From positions 32,001-96,000 of IMG/VR virus record IMGVR_UViG_3300049215_000686: a stretch of DNA of 64,000 nt. One strand, written 5' to 3'. The position numbers and the translations under genes are program-made. This document shows, piece after piece, positions 9,614 through 19,129 of this stretch. Source of the stretch: a virus. The notes under the pieces are model-generated. The model saw nothing but the letters and a program-made list of their open reading frames with translations. It had not been told where the DNA came from and did not search any database. Numbering within the stretch: the first letter of the stretch is position 1; each line of letters begins with the position of its first letter.

Positions 9614-10635
9614 TCCTCATATTCTTGTTGCTGCTTTTGGGCCTCAGCAAACGACCCTTTAGGAAGGCCGTATTTAGGAATCCTTTTAGGCGCCTCAACT
9701 TGTTCACCCAGTTTGGGCTGCTCTTGAGGCTGAGAAATAACGCCCGATTCAATCAGTTTTTTCTCGGGAGTTTCATTCCCTTTTTGCTGAAGTCTTAAAT
9801 TAAGTTCTTTTTCGGTATTTTCATCCCAATAGACGACCTGATTCTTGCCCCGAAGTTTCCCGAGTTCTCGCGCCTGAATGCTTTGAGAAATAGTCTTTCC
9901 CACGCCGACAGTCACCGTTGCTCCCACTTGCTTAAAGTAGTTTTGTCTGAATTCTTCAATGTAATCAAGGGCGGCTTGTGGGACCTTCACTTGCCCTTCA
10001 TCGCCACCGGCTTCGATCACCGTTCCGCTATAGGTACCTGCCCATTGGATAAAAAGTCTCATCCCAAGATCAATCCGCTGACTGATTTCTTTTACTTTGG
10101 CTTCATCATCCGTGTATTGAGCACGAGCGACTTGATTTCCGATATTATCGCCGTCCATCGTGACATAATAAAGACCATCATTTTCCAGAACAACCTCAGC
10201 GTTTTGACGCTCAAGTTCCATGGCTTGTTGATGAGCCTGAAGTTCGGCACGCTCTTGGCGCTTTTGCTCGGCACGCTTTAAGATCTCTCTTAAAATCGTT
10301 AATGCGGGTTCAATTCTTTTTGAGACATCTTCGCCCGATATTTGCTCAGAAGCATTCGGAGTTGGAGCATTCGGCTGGGCTTCGGTGTCTTCTTTGCCAT
10401 CATCTTCTTTGGCTAAAATTTCAATTCCTTCAGATTTCACAAGCATCTTGTCAGAAAAACTTGCAAAAAGATCCGTCAACTGGGTGACATTAAGTCCAGC
10501 GGGAAGACCTTTAAGCAAAGCGTCTGGACCAATGAATTTCACTCCGCCTTCAGGGAGATCTTCCGCGCTCATAATAAACTCACCGTTTTTACGGTGAAAA
10601 ACCTTAATCTTTGCCATTGCCTTTAATCCTATCAC
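9577..10635 (-). CDS. protein with mCpol (minimal CRISPR polymerase, GGDE palm) nucleotide-cyclase-like domain
   Basis: YVTMDGDNIG...GTVIEAGGDEG...TVTVGVG......A...GK..GKNQV. Confidence 0.75.
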   Translation of the reverse strand: MIGLKAMAKIKVFHRKNGEFIMSAEDLPEGGVKFIGPDALLKGLPAGLNVTQLTDLFASFSDKMLVKSEGIEILAKEDDGKEDTEAQPNAPTPNASEQISGEDVSKRIEPALTILREILKRAEQKRQERAELQAHQQAMELERQNAEVVLENDGLYYVTMDGDNIGNQVARAQYTDDEAKVKEISQRIDLGMRLFIQWAGTYSGTVIEAGGDEGQVKVPQAALDYIEEFRQNYFKQVGATVTVGVGKTISQSIQARELGKLRGKNQVVYWDENTEKELNLRLQQKGNETPEKKLIESGVISQPQEQPKLGEQVEAPKRIPKYGLPKGSFAEAQKQQQEYEDWLRSQKKEVTS

Positions 10636-13315
10636 GGATCTTGGCCAAAGTCTCTTTGACTTCGGTAAGCCTTCGTTTGTAAAGAATTATTCCAGCGCGT
10701 TTGGTCAAATCGTTTTTGAAATTCAAAATATCTTCTTCTTGCCACTCGCTTTTAAAAAAGATGTTGACCCCTTTTGCAGTAATCTCAATTCTGGGCTTTG
10801 GAAGATTCATATAGCAAATGCAAGCCTCAGATGAACGTTCACAGGCTTGGCATTCGGTTTCAGGATTTTCGATACCCGCTGATAATTCCATACCATGAAT
10901 CGTTTCTACGTGCTCTTTCAGTTGAGTCTGGAGTTTCTTAATTCGATCCGCAATCCCGGCAGAAGAATCGATTAATTTATTTTTGTATTCTTCAAGTTCT
11001 TTTGACTGTACTTTTGCCTCTTGATCCAGTTTTTGAGGAGTTGGATTCTCAAGCGCATCAACCAATTTTTCATGTTCCTGAACCAGTTCCTTTACTGGAA
11101 CTTCGATCGTTTCTTGTTTCTTCCCGGCCACAAGTTTCTCCTCGCTTCCGTACAGTTCCAGTTTTGATTGCAATTGACTCAACACCAACGGAAGCGTCAG
11201 TTTTTCAAATTGATGGATGATATGATTTTCATGCTCGATCCAGCCGCTATATAAATCTGCCAGTACTTTCCGGACTTTAATGGTCTTGCCAGCCAGTTCG
11301 AGGGTTGCTGTATCGTCTTTTTTAAGCGGAACAAGATGTTCTTTGCCCCAGTCCAAAAGTTCGGGCGCTACTGAGGCCATTGCCTGATCATGAGACTTAG
11401 GATCAGTCAGGGTTTCGCCGTCTCCTTGAGTGAAAGCCTTTTTCACCGAATCTTCTTGTTGGTCCTCATAGACAACCGTGGTTTTCCCGGCGTGGCCATG
11501 AACTAACAGACAATCATGAATCGAAGGATAAAACGCAAGCGATCCCCAACGAGTCAGCCAATTCATCCCGACCCAACCATTAGAAAAAATAACGCCCTCA
11601 GCCACTCGGCCAGTTCCACTTACTCCTGATTCATCTTGTTCGCGCCAAAGATAGAATTTCTTAATCTTGCCGCCTTCTTTAAGTTCTCCAGACAACCTTT
11701 CTGATTTTGAGATCCCTGAAAATTGCTCTTTAACGTCTTTAGGCACGCCCGTAGTCCTGAAAGTGGCCTCTTCGTGCTCTAATCCGCTCTTTTTTGCATG
11801 CTCATCAATCATCCCAAGAGCATGCTCCAAAGAAATCTTCTCTGAAGAAGGAACGAATCCTTCATCGCTCGGTTCAGTGAATTGACCCGTTAATGCGCGA
11901 TGCACGGCGTCATGCATAACTGTATTCAATTCCCGGTGAAAGTCTTCATCCGAGATCTTATGTCCTAATTTTTCAGAAATTTCTCGCTGTTTATGAGCAG
12001 CCAGCCACTCCCAATGCACCGCCCGCTTGGCTTCACGAGGAGACCGAACTCCCATTTTTCCCAGTCTTCGGCCTTCTCCGTATAAGTTGTTCACTTCCGG
12101 GTAAGTCAGCGCATGCGAAAGTTCATGGACTTTTCTCCAAGAACGTGTGAACGCCTCATTTTGAAAATCTCCGCCACTTCCCGGAGAAGGATCCCAAATC
12201 ATTAAATGTTTGGTGTTGTAGTTCTTGGCTTTTAGATCAGGCCGGCCATATTTGCCGCCCGCAAAGTAAGTTTTATAGCCATGCTCAGCGATCATGTGAT
12301 CAATTGCTGGCTCATGACGTTCAATCCCACCATAAAAGTTAAGATTACTTTTATGATTAGGTAAAATATGACCATAACGTTCAGCGATAGGCCGATACGA
12401 TGCCACGCCCTTTCCGGCGGCTTGAGCATTGTCAGAATGAGGTTCTTTAATAGGCTCTGGGCGAGGAGAACCGCGAGTACTTTGCGTAAAAGACTCGGCC
12501 TTTTCAATATTTTCAGCATCATCAGAATAAAATTCGGTATGCCCGTCGTGCCAATCATAGGCATGCGGATGAGCCGCGCCAGGAGCGTTTTCTCTCAGCA
12601 TCGAAGGAGGATGCCCGTGAATCACAACCGCAGGCTCTCCATTTTCTTGGGCTAGTGAAATCGTATCTTCGAGTTTTTCATCATCCGGATCTTTTACATG
12701 AACGCCCGGTAAATGATCATGAGATTCATGCATTGCATGAAATATATTGATGCCAAGAACCGATCCATAATGATGAGGATTATGGATTTCTTTTGTTTCT
12801 TTTTTCTTCTCATGAAATAGCAAATCAAACGGCTTTTCATCGGCCTTTTTGACCTCAGGCTCTTCGACATTCAGCCTAAATCGATGGCCAGACGGAAGTT
12901 GCGTATAAAACTCTTTTAAATGCGGTCCATGAGAAAAACCTTCACCGGTCCAAGAGGGCCTGCCATCTTGGAAAACGAGTTCGCTTTTATTTTCAGAATG
13001 ATGAAGAACGGCCTCTTGGCCATATTGCCATCCTATATTTTCGATCGCTTTTCGATGCTCTGGAATCCCTTCATGGGCTACCAAATAGGATTCTTCCGGA
13101 TGGCTATAATGACCCTTAACGGGAGTTGCCTCGAATCCGGCTTGTTTTAAGTCTTGAGCCAAAGAGGAATGAGCATTCGCATTGTGTTCAGGACTGTTTT
13201 GCGCAGAAACAAGAGAAAAATGCTTGGGGAGCCCAGGGAATGAAAAATGATCCGGATATGACGGATCATGCAGCGGATGAGTACTCGGAAGGGCTGGATT
13301 TATTTTCTCTGCCAT
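10604..13315 (-). CDS. large His-rich multidomain protein: SAM-lyase/DUF3293-like N-terminus, HExxH domain, GVSGTG domain
   Basis: SAQN...L..DL...G.....VKGHY...EESYLV...YGQEAVL; VHELSH; DESGVSGTGRVAEGVIFSNG...HGH. Confidence 0.7.
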   Translation of the reverse strand: MAEKINPALPSTHPLHDPSYPDHFSFPGLPKHFSLVSAQNSPEHNANAHSSLAQDLKQAGFEATPVKGHYSHPEESYLVAHEGIPEHRKAIENIGWQYGQEAVLHHSENKSELVFQDGRPSWTGEGFSHGPHLKEFYTQLPSGHRFRLNVEEPEVKKADEKPFDLLFHEKKKETKEIHNPHHYGSVLGINIFHAMHESHDHLPGVHVKDPDDEKLEDTISLAQENGEPAVVIHGHPPSMLRENAPGAAHPHAYDWHDGHTEFYSDDAENIEKAESFTQSTRGSPRPEPIKEPHSDNAQAAGKGVASYRPIAERYGHILPNHKSNLNFYGGIERHEPAIDHMIAEHGYKTYFAGGKYGRPDLKAKNYNTKHLMIWDPSPGSGGDFQNEAFTRSWRKVHELSHALTYPEVNNLYGEGRRLGKMGVRSPREAKRAVHWEWLAAHKQREISEKLGHKISDEDFHRELNTVMHDAVHRALTGQFTEPSDEGFVPSSEKISLEHALGMIDEHAKKSGLEHEEATFRTTGVPKDVKEQFSGISKSERLSGELKEGGKIKKFYLWREQDESGVSGTGRVAEGVIFSNGWVGMNWLTRWGSLAFYPSIHDCLLVHGHAGKTTVVYEDQQEDSVKKAFTQGDGETLTDPKSHDQAMASVAPELLDWGKEHLVPLKKDDTATLELAGKTIKVRKVLADLYSGWIEHENHIIHQFEKLTLPLVLSQLQSKLELYGSEEKLVAGKKQETIEVPVKELVQEHEKLVDALENPTPQKLDQEAKVQSKELEEYKNKLIDSSAGIADRIKKLQTQLKEHVETIHGMELSAGIENPETECQACERSSEACICYMNLPKPRIEITAKGVNIFFKSEWQEEDILNFKNDLTKRAGIILYKRRLTEVKETLAKIRDRIKGNGKD

Positions 13316-13361
13316 GCCGCTATTATCACGCGAGATACCCAGCCGAGATTTTCGAATTCAT

Positions 13362-13889
13362 TCACTTTTCAAGCGATAAGAACCAGGCAGTAGGGTAGTC
13401 TTTGCCCCGTTTAATCCATTTTGCGACTGTTTTTGGCTTTCTTAAACGAGTCGTCCCTTGGTCGGGAGAATAATGGTCATTAATACAAATCCATGAGCCC
13501 CGAGAGGTCCCGGCAATAAAACAAAAATGATCTCCGATTTGGCCGCTTTCTCGCCAACGGTAAGAAAGAGCCACCGCTCCGCCAGATTTCAAATGTGCCC
13601 GGATTTGCGCCAGAGTAGGATGTTTTTTACGCCTGACCTTAAAATTACCCTTACCGACATAGCGTAAAACGCGATCAAAATCCTGGTCCGTGGTTCCATT
13701 GGCATCAAAATCATCGGGGAATTCGGGATCAATCGTTCGACAAGAAAATTGAAGAAAAGGAAGATGGTTACGACTCGATGCATCAATTCCGGACCACTTC
13801 ATTGCGTTCAAGATTGCCGTGGGTCCGCACGAGAACGAGTCAACTTGTTGACAATATCTCGGCATACTTCCACCGAAAACCTTAAACAA
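13362..13889 (-). CDS. C39-like cysteine peptidase
   Basis: QQVDSFSCGPTAILNA (Q..C), HFCFI, IND: Cys-His-Asp/Asn triad pattern. Confidence 0.7.
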   Translation of the reverse strand: MFKVFGGSMPRYCQQVDSFSCGPTAILNAMKWSGIDASSRNHLPFLQFSCRTIDPEFPDDFDANGTTDQDFDRVLRYVGKGNFKVRRKKHPTLAQIRAHLKSGGAVALSYRWRESGQIGDHFCFIAGTSRGSWICINDHYSPDQGTTRLRKPKTVAKWIKRGKDYPTAWFLSLEK

Positions 13890-13946
13890 GAGTTAAAGAA
13901 AATGCCGTCATTAATACATTTTGAAGGCAAAGAGACAGGCGGGAAT

Positions 13947-14420
13947 TTATCCAAAAACACTTTGAACAGCGCCGACAATACCCGTCTGCTGAGAACCAGG
14001 ACCATAAAATCCGATCGATTTAATGTTCCAAGTCTCAATCAGAACGTTTTCGGCATCAACAGAACCTGAACGTCTGAAGAGCCATGCGCGAGGAAGGAAA
14101 AGAATGGTTTTATCCGTTTGCTTATCTCGGATTTCAACGGAAATATAAGGAGTCTTGGTGAACGCATCTAAGGGGTTCGCAGAATCACCCAATGGAGCGA
14201 TCAAAGAGCCTACAGGATCATTATCGGGAGTTCGGTAGACTTTGATATCCATCGTGACCCGAATCATATCTGGGGCCAATTCAGTAGGAACAATATTGTC
14301 TAGGCCGTGGATATCCACCTCGCCCGTTTCAATGCTGTAATCAAGCACAAAACCGGCAGCAACCACGTCGTTATTAATCTTTAAGACGGTTCGATAACCG
14401 GCTAAAACCTGAGGAATCAT
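13947..14420 (-). CDS. tail tube-like protein (paralogue 3)
   Basis: PQVLAGYRTVLKIN N-terminus aligns with the two upstream paralogues. Confidence 0.6.
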   Translation of the reverse strand: MIPQVLAGYRTVLKINNDVVAAGFVLDYSIETGEVDIHGLDNIVPTELAPDMIRVTMDIKVYRTPDNDPVGSLIAPLGDSANPLDAFTKTPYISVEIRDKQTDKTILFLPRAWLFRRSGSVDAENVLIETWNIKSIGFYGPGSQQTGIVGAVQSVFG

Positions 14421-14447
14421 AAAAACTTAAAGAACAATCCTTAAAGT

Positions 14448-15032
14448 TCATTTCTTTTTAGGCGGCTGGACTTCGGCAGGATTTTTAGGAACTTTCACCT
14501 GAGTCTGCTTAGCGGGCTTAACACCCATCAAGGATGCTTTATTGACAGTTGTCGTCGGAGGTGAACCCGGAAAACCAATGACCGAACCCAAAGTAGGTCC
14601 GCCCATGGCTCCATCCTTTTTCACATCACCCTTTTGAACACCCTTTTTGTCTCGAAGGGATTGCTGATGAGATGACATGTTTTCTGAATGAACCGGCCCA
14701 TCTTTGCTTGGTTTTTCTGAAAAAGGAACCGAGGTCGAAGGATTCTTTTGGGTTTTCTCAAAATTGGGATGCCAATTGCTTTTTACAAAACTCTCGGCAA
14801 ATGATTCTAGGATATGTTTTTTTACTGTAGGGACAATCGTTTCTTTAATATCCGGGTATTCAATGGGCTCAGGAACCTTGATCTCTTTTGGAGCAATTCC
14901 GCCGCCCTGCACCATGGGAGCCAATTTGTCGGCTACTTCCATCAGTTTGACCTGAACGGACTTTTCCAGCCGATCAAAGCCACTCAGCATTCCTTTGAAT
15001 TTTAGGATCTTTTCCCTGAAGCCATCGCTCAT
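14448..15032 (-). CDS. low-complexity protein, probable internal head protein
   Basis: Many K-S/K-A/K-G motifs (RLEKS, FVKS, VQKG, VNKA). Confidence 0.6.
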   Translation of the reverse strand: MSDGFREKILKFKGMLSGFDRLEKSVQVKLMEVADKLAPMVQGGGIAPKEIKVPEPIEYPDIKETIVPTVKKHILESFAESFVKSNWHPNFEKTQKNPSTSVPFSEKPSKDGPVHSENMSSHQQSLRDKKGVQKGDVKKDGAMGGPTLGSVIGFPGSPPTTTVNKASLMGVKPAKQTQVKVPKNPAEVQPPKKK

Positions 15033-15547
15033 AGACCGTAACCATCCGTAGCCGAATTGCTCGGAGAGCCGCCCGAAGCGCTATATCCGGCATCATAAAT
15101 GCCAACAAAGTTAATTCGCTCATTGGCAATATCGTTTGCGTTCATAGACTGAGTTCGTCCCGAAAAACGACACCCCTTCACAGAAGCAATCGTTGCCTCA
15201 GTCACCCGGTCCTGAAGAACAATATTGATATCCTGAGCCGACGTAATAACATTCAAAACAGGCTCAAGGCCAATTTCAATAGAAGAAACTTCTGAATCAT
15301 TGCCAGTAACTTTTCTTGCAGCCAAATCTGCATCCGCATTAAAAGCATTTACGGGTATTACTCGGCCAATGCTGACATCGACATCATATGCCAACGTGTC
15401 GATAGCCGCAGCATTCATATCTCCCACCACATGGGTCGGTCGGACGTTATGCCGGATATTTACCGTGATATCGGTTGCAATTGCCAAAGTCTGAGAGCCA
15501 TTTTTAATAAGCCCTCTGGCTCCGCTTAGTAATTGTGGATTAGCCAT
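15029..15547 (-). CDS. tail tube-like protein (paralogue 2)
   Basis: PQLLSGARG...IGRVIPVN...CRFSGR...IANERINFVGI. Confidence 0.7.
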   Translation of the reverse strand: MANPQLLSGARGLIKNGSQTLAIATDITVNIRHNVRPTHVVGDMNAAAIDTLAYDVDVSIGRVIPVNAFNADADLAARKVTGNDSEVSSIEIGLEPVLNVITSAQDINIVLQDRVTEATIASVKGCRFSGRTQSMNANDIANERINFVGIYDAGYSASGGSPSNSATDGYGL

Positions 15548-15557
15548 CGTTTACTCC

Positions 15558-16046
15558 TTAAAGCCCGATGCCATCGTCGGTATTGTTCTTCGCATCGAAG
15601 ATCCCGACGAGTTGGATGCGTTCATTCGCGATCTGTTGCGCCGATAGGTTCATGGTTCGTCCGGCAAAACGGCAGTTTCGCACTTCCGCAACCGTAGTTG
15701 AGGTAAGCGAATCCACCAAAGAAACCGTCACGTCTTCAGCCAAAAGCATTTGATTAATAACGGGTTCGATCCCTGCGAAGGCCGCTGAAGTCGTGCTCGT
15801 ATCGACTGCCGTGCCATCAGGCTTATTAACGGGAATCACACGACCAATTGTTACGTTTGCGCTATAAGAGAGAGGCTCAACCGACCGAGCGTTAGGAGCA
15901 CCAAAAGTATGGATCGCCCGAACGTTTGCCTGGATATTAACGTTTACATCGGTCACAAACGCGATGATTTGCCCATTTACTTTGAGTTGTCCGCGCGCAC
16001 CGGAAAATAACTGGGGTCTTGAGTGGCCCCCTGCTGGAATTGCCAT
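15558..16046 (-). CDS. tail tube protein (paralogue 1); true start probably ATG 16046
   Basis: GAGG SD before MAIPAGG; PQLFSGARG...IGRVIPVN...CRFAGR. The ORF-track extension to 16163 runs into the tRNA. Confidence 0.72.
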   Translation of the reverse strand: MAIPAGGHSRPQLFSGARGQLKVNGQIIAFVTDVNVNIQANVRAIHTFGAPNARSVEPLSYSANVTIGRVIPVNKPDGTAVDTSTTSAAFAGIEPVINQMLLAEDVTVSLVDSLTSTTVAEVRNCRFAGRTMNLSAQQIANERIQLVGIFDAKNNTDDGIGL

Positions 16047-16132
16047 TGATTTACCTCTTGGGAAAGAAAGGAAGGTTGTCCCTAGAGGTAATCGTAGAGT
16101 AAGATCGCTAGATCGTAGATTTAGCCAAAAAT

Positions 16133-16208
16133 TGGAAGCGGGCCGAGGAGTCGAACCTCGCAATCGTGGCGTATGAAACCACTAAGATGCCCTTTCTTAA
16201 TGCCCGCA
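16133..16208 (-). tRNA. tRNA-Met(CAT), initiator-like and atypical
   Basis: TGCGGGC...GCCCGCT-T-CCA with U1:U72 mismatch; GTGGT-TTCATAC-GCCAC anticodon arm; CGAGG-TTCGACT-CCTCG T arm. Confidence 0.75.
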
Positions 16209-16235
16209 GTTTCAATATACCTTTTTTGGATTAAA

Positions 16236-16700
16236 TCAGGCCGAACCGGTCTGAAGAAGAATATGGGCAGATGATTGCTGGGCAGGCCGGTTTAGTAAGG
16301 AATCGTAAGGGTGGAAGTCATGAATCTGATACCGGATATCGGGAAGCATATCGGTAAACATATGCTCATCCGGAAACAAATGAGCCCTTTTTTGAGGATT
16401 TCCAAAAGCACAAGAATGGAACCTTTGATCTGGATTCCAGCCTTCTTTTTGATCCAATCCCCGATGGGTATTATCAAAGGCGCCCGAAAAGTCCCCAGAC
16501 ATCACGATCTTCATCAATTCAGTAATATGTTTCCAGAATAGTTCCTGATGAAAATGACTCGCAATCAGGTCATCTGATTCGGACCGGAAAAAATGATGAC
16601 TTGCGGCTAAAAAATGAGCGTCAATCAGCGCTAGTTTTTCTCGCGACAACTTGATGCTGTAAAAGCCATCAATGATCGATGAATATCTCAAAAATGACAC
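16236..16700 (-). CDS. hypothetical protein
   Basis: 154-aa ORF filling the gap; no motif recognised. Confidence 0.35.
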   Translation of the reverse strand: MSFLRYSSIIDGFYSIKLSREKLALIDAHFLAASHHFFRSESDDLIASHFHQELFWKHITELMKIVMSGDFSGAFDNTHRGLDQKEGWNPDQRFHSCAFGNPQKRAHLFPDEHMFTDMLPDIRYQIHDFHPYDSLLNRPAQQSSAHILLQTGSA

Positions 16701-16815
16701 CAGGCATTACTCCTGGCTCTAGTTTAAGTCTTTCCTGATTCTTTTTCAAGCGGCGGTTATTGTCAAAACTGACACACCCTGGATTGATAGAGATTTTCCG
16801 AGAAATCAATCAAAT

Positions 16816-17637
16816 TTATGGACCAAAACTTCCATCCCGAGGTTCAGGCCGATCGGGCTCGCCCACTGAATCACTCGAATCAAATGGGATAAAATCTTTT
16901 CGACAAACCGCTAATTGAGGGAACCTTGCCGCAACATTATTTTCCCCAGGCGCACTTTGGGTTTGCGCCATCCGTAAATGATGGGGAAGATTTAAGACCG
17001 TATAAACCGGGCGCGTATAATAGTTCACCGAATAAATCGCTCCTCGATCTAAAACAGGATCCCATTCGGGCCGATCCGCAACCCATTCAATTCGACCATT
17101 TTTTACAACGAAATCCACACCCGGACGATATCTTTTCCCGGTATTATCGATCAAAAAATCAACGGTTACTGCCGGGAACTGAAGGCGATCAATCCCAGAT
17201 TGGGAATGCTCCACTCGCTGGTAATATCGAACCAAAGGAGCATCCGGCAAAATAATCTGATCGAAGTATTGAACATCCATAATCTCGCCTGATTGATTAT
17301 AAACGGGCACGATAATCTGGACCTGATCGAGATCCCATGTACCATTCATATTGAACTTGCGATCAATTTGGTTTCCCATAAAAGCGCCGATAAATTCGGT
17401 GGGATGATAATAGATAAACCCATTGAAACATTCATTACAGGCAGGTTGATGATCCGGCTGATAAAGATCATGGACAAACGGACAAGGAACCGGACGAGAA
17501 TGAATCATCCGAATGCCTTGCGCTTTTATGAATTGTTCAAAAATGGCAGGATTCAGCGTCGTTTCCAGAAGCGGCGTTTGCATCTGGATTTTAGTGATCC
17601 CCGGCAAAGAAATCTTAGGAATTTTTGGCTGGGTCAT
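16816..17637 (-). CDS. head-tail adaptor/neck protein
   Basis: PCP...CNECFNG.IY motif and YSVNY...P.Y, as in large-myovirus head-completion proteins. Confidence 0.65.
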   Translation of the reverse strand: MTQPKIPKISLPGITKIQMQTPLLETTLNPAIFEQFIKAQGIRMIHSRPVPCPFVHDLYQPDHQPACNECFNGFIYYHPTEFIGAFMGNQIDRKFNMNGTWDLDQVQIIVPVYNQSGEIMDVQYFDQIILPDAPLVRYYQRVEHSQSGIDRLQFPAVTVDFLIDNTGKRYRPGVDFVVKNGRIEWVADRPEWDPVLDRGAIYSVNYYTRPVYTVLNLPHHLRMAQTQSAPGENNVAARFPQLAVCRKDFIPFDSSDSVGEPDRPEPRDGSFGP

Positions 17638-18664
17638 CTCCGTTGCCTTCCGATTTCATAAACGCTTTCCGAATATTAAAAAGCGTAACCATGGCTTTTT
17701 CAACTTTACTGGCCGGCTTCGTAAGTTTTACCTGATGCGGCTCAACATAAATTGTATGCGCGGCAGACGGCCCGAGTTGAACACCGATTTTCCCTGGCAT
17801 ATTCGGATCATGGCCGGTAACCACGCCCTTTTTTCCATGAGAAGGATGGCCGATAGAATGAATTCTAACGAATGCCCCTTTTCGATGTTCCGGCTTCAGT
17901 TCTTTAAATGCATGAGCCTGGGCGCGAGCGGCATATCCAGGAGGCAAAGGAATTCTTTGAGCATGAACCAATTCCCCGGTTTCTTTATGAACGGGGTATG
18001 CGTATCTTAAATGATTTCCTTGCGGGAACTTTTGCTGAACTTGAGTTTGCTGATCTTCACTCAGTTCATGCATCATTTTATAATTGTGCTTAGGATCGCC
18101 CTTAATCGGGCTGAGTCCCCATTTAGGCTGGACCACCCCATGTTGCATGTATTCTTTTCTGGCCGGACTTGCATCGATAAAAGGGTTTACAAATCCTTTT
18201 TGAAGATCAAGATCCTTTTTTTCGGATTTAGCAGATTTGTCCGTATAACCGCACTGACAAGCACCCTCTTTTTCGATTTCACAGTCTTTGCAATCGCAGC
18301 CTTTTTTTATGTCTCTGCCGCAACCGCAAGGACATTTCATCAATACATCGGTTTTTCTCATTTTAAAAACGGTGTGTTTGGCCTTTTCGACCAATTCCCT
18401 GGATTTTTCCGATTGTTTTCGCTGAGCAATCACCCAGACCCGTTTAATGTGTTCAGAAAGCGCTTTTAAATAATCATCGGCTTGGCGATGCATTCCCATG
18501 GCGCGCATCTTTCTTGCCGTCAATTCAGCAAACATCTTGGCCTGCCGGGTATGCATCTTCACTTGCTCTTGCTCGTTTTTAACAGCAGCATCCGTCGCTT
18601 GAATAATACATTCAATGGCTTGCTCATGAAGAGATTTTGCGGCTGGAGAAAGTGGGCTTGCCAT
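17615..18664 (-). CDS. probable internal head protein with Cys cluster
   Basis: CPCGCG..CDCKDC..CQCG; about ten K-S/K-A motifs. Confidence 0.6.
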   Translation of the reverse strand: MASPLSPAAKSLHEQAIECIIQATDAAVKNEQEQVKMHTRQAKMFAELTARKMRAMGMHRQADDYLKALSEHIKRVWVIAQRKQSEKSRELVEKAKHTVFKMRKTDVLMKCPCGCGRDIKKGCDCKDCEIEKEGACQCGYTDKSAKSEKKDLDLQKGFVNPFIDASPARKEYMQHGVVQPKWGLSPIKGDPKHNYKMMHELSEDQQTQVQQKFPQGNHLRYAYPVHKETGELVHAQRIPLPPGYAARAQAHAFKELKPEHRKGAFVRIHSIGHPSHGKKGVVTGHDPNMPGKIGVQLGPSAAHTIYVEPHQVKLTKPASKVEKAMVTLFNIRKAFMKSEGNGDDPAKNS

Positions 18665-19120
18665 TTAAAAACTCGGAGCGCTATTCGGCGCAGGTAAAGG
18701 ATCGATTTCTGATCGAGTGAGAACAAGAGCCATCGATAACACCGTGATATAGGTATTGGAGCCATCGGTAACGGTGACTCGCATATTGCTTGACATCATA
18801 TTTGAGGTATCTACAGTCGTAAGCGGTAAATACCAAATTGAGCGATCATCATCCGGAAAAAGCATCGAAGCATTTCGGCGAACCGAGAAATCTTGCTGGA
18901 CTCTTTGATTGCCAGAACTTCCAAAAACATCAGGGAATCTCGCGATTTCAACAAAAACTGTCGCCGATGCACCCGGCAAAAATCTGATCCCCTTTTGATC
19001 TTGATCCACCAACTGGAAAACAAGATTCAGGCTTTCACCTTGATTGATTTTTTGATTTTTAATTACCGATATTGAGTTAACCGTCGCGGTATTATTGAGA
19101 AGTTGAATGCCTAATTTCAT
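18665..19120 (-). CDS. virion structural protein
   Basis: beta-rich 151-aa ORF in structural operon. Confidence 0.6.
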   Translation of the reverse strand: MKLGIQLLNNTATVNSISVIKNQKINQGESLNLVFQLVDQDQKGIRFLPGASATVFVEIARFPDVFGSSGNQRVQQDFSVRRNASMLFPDDDRSIWYLPLTTVDTSNMMSSNMRVTVTDGSNTYITVLSMALVLTRSEIDPLPAPNSAPSF

Positions 19121-19129
19121 GTGATTTCC

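Noticed and set aside
5350-16046. Extracellular contractile injection system or tailocin
   Set aside because: Capsid, portal, terminase and replication genes are present, so this is a phage
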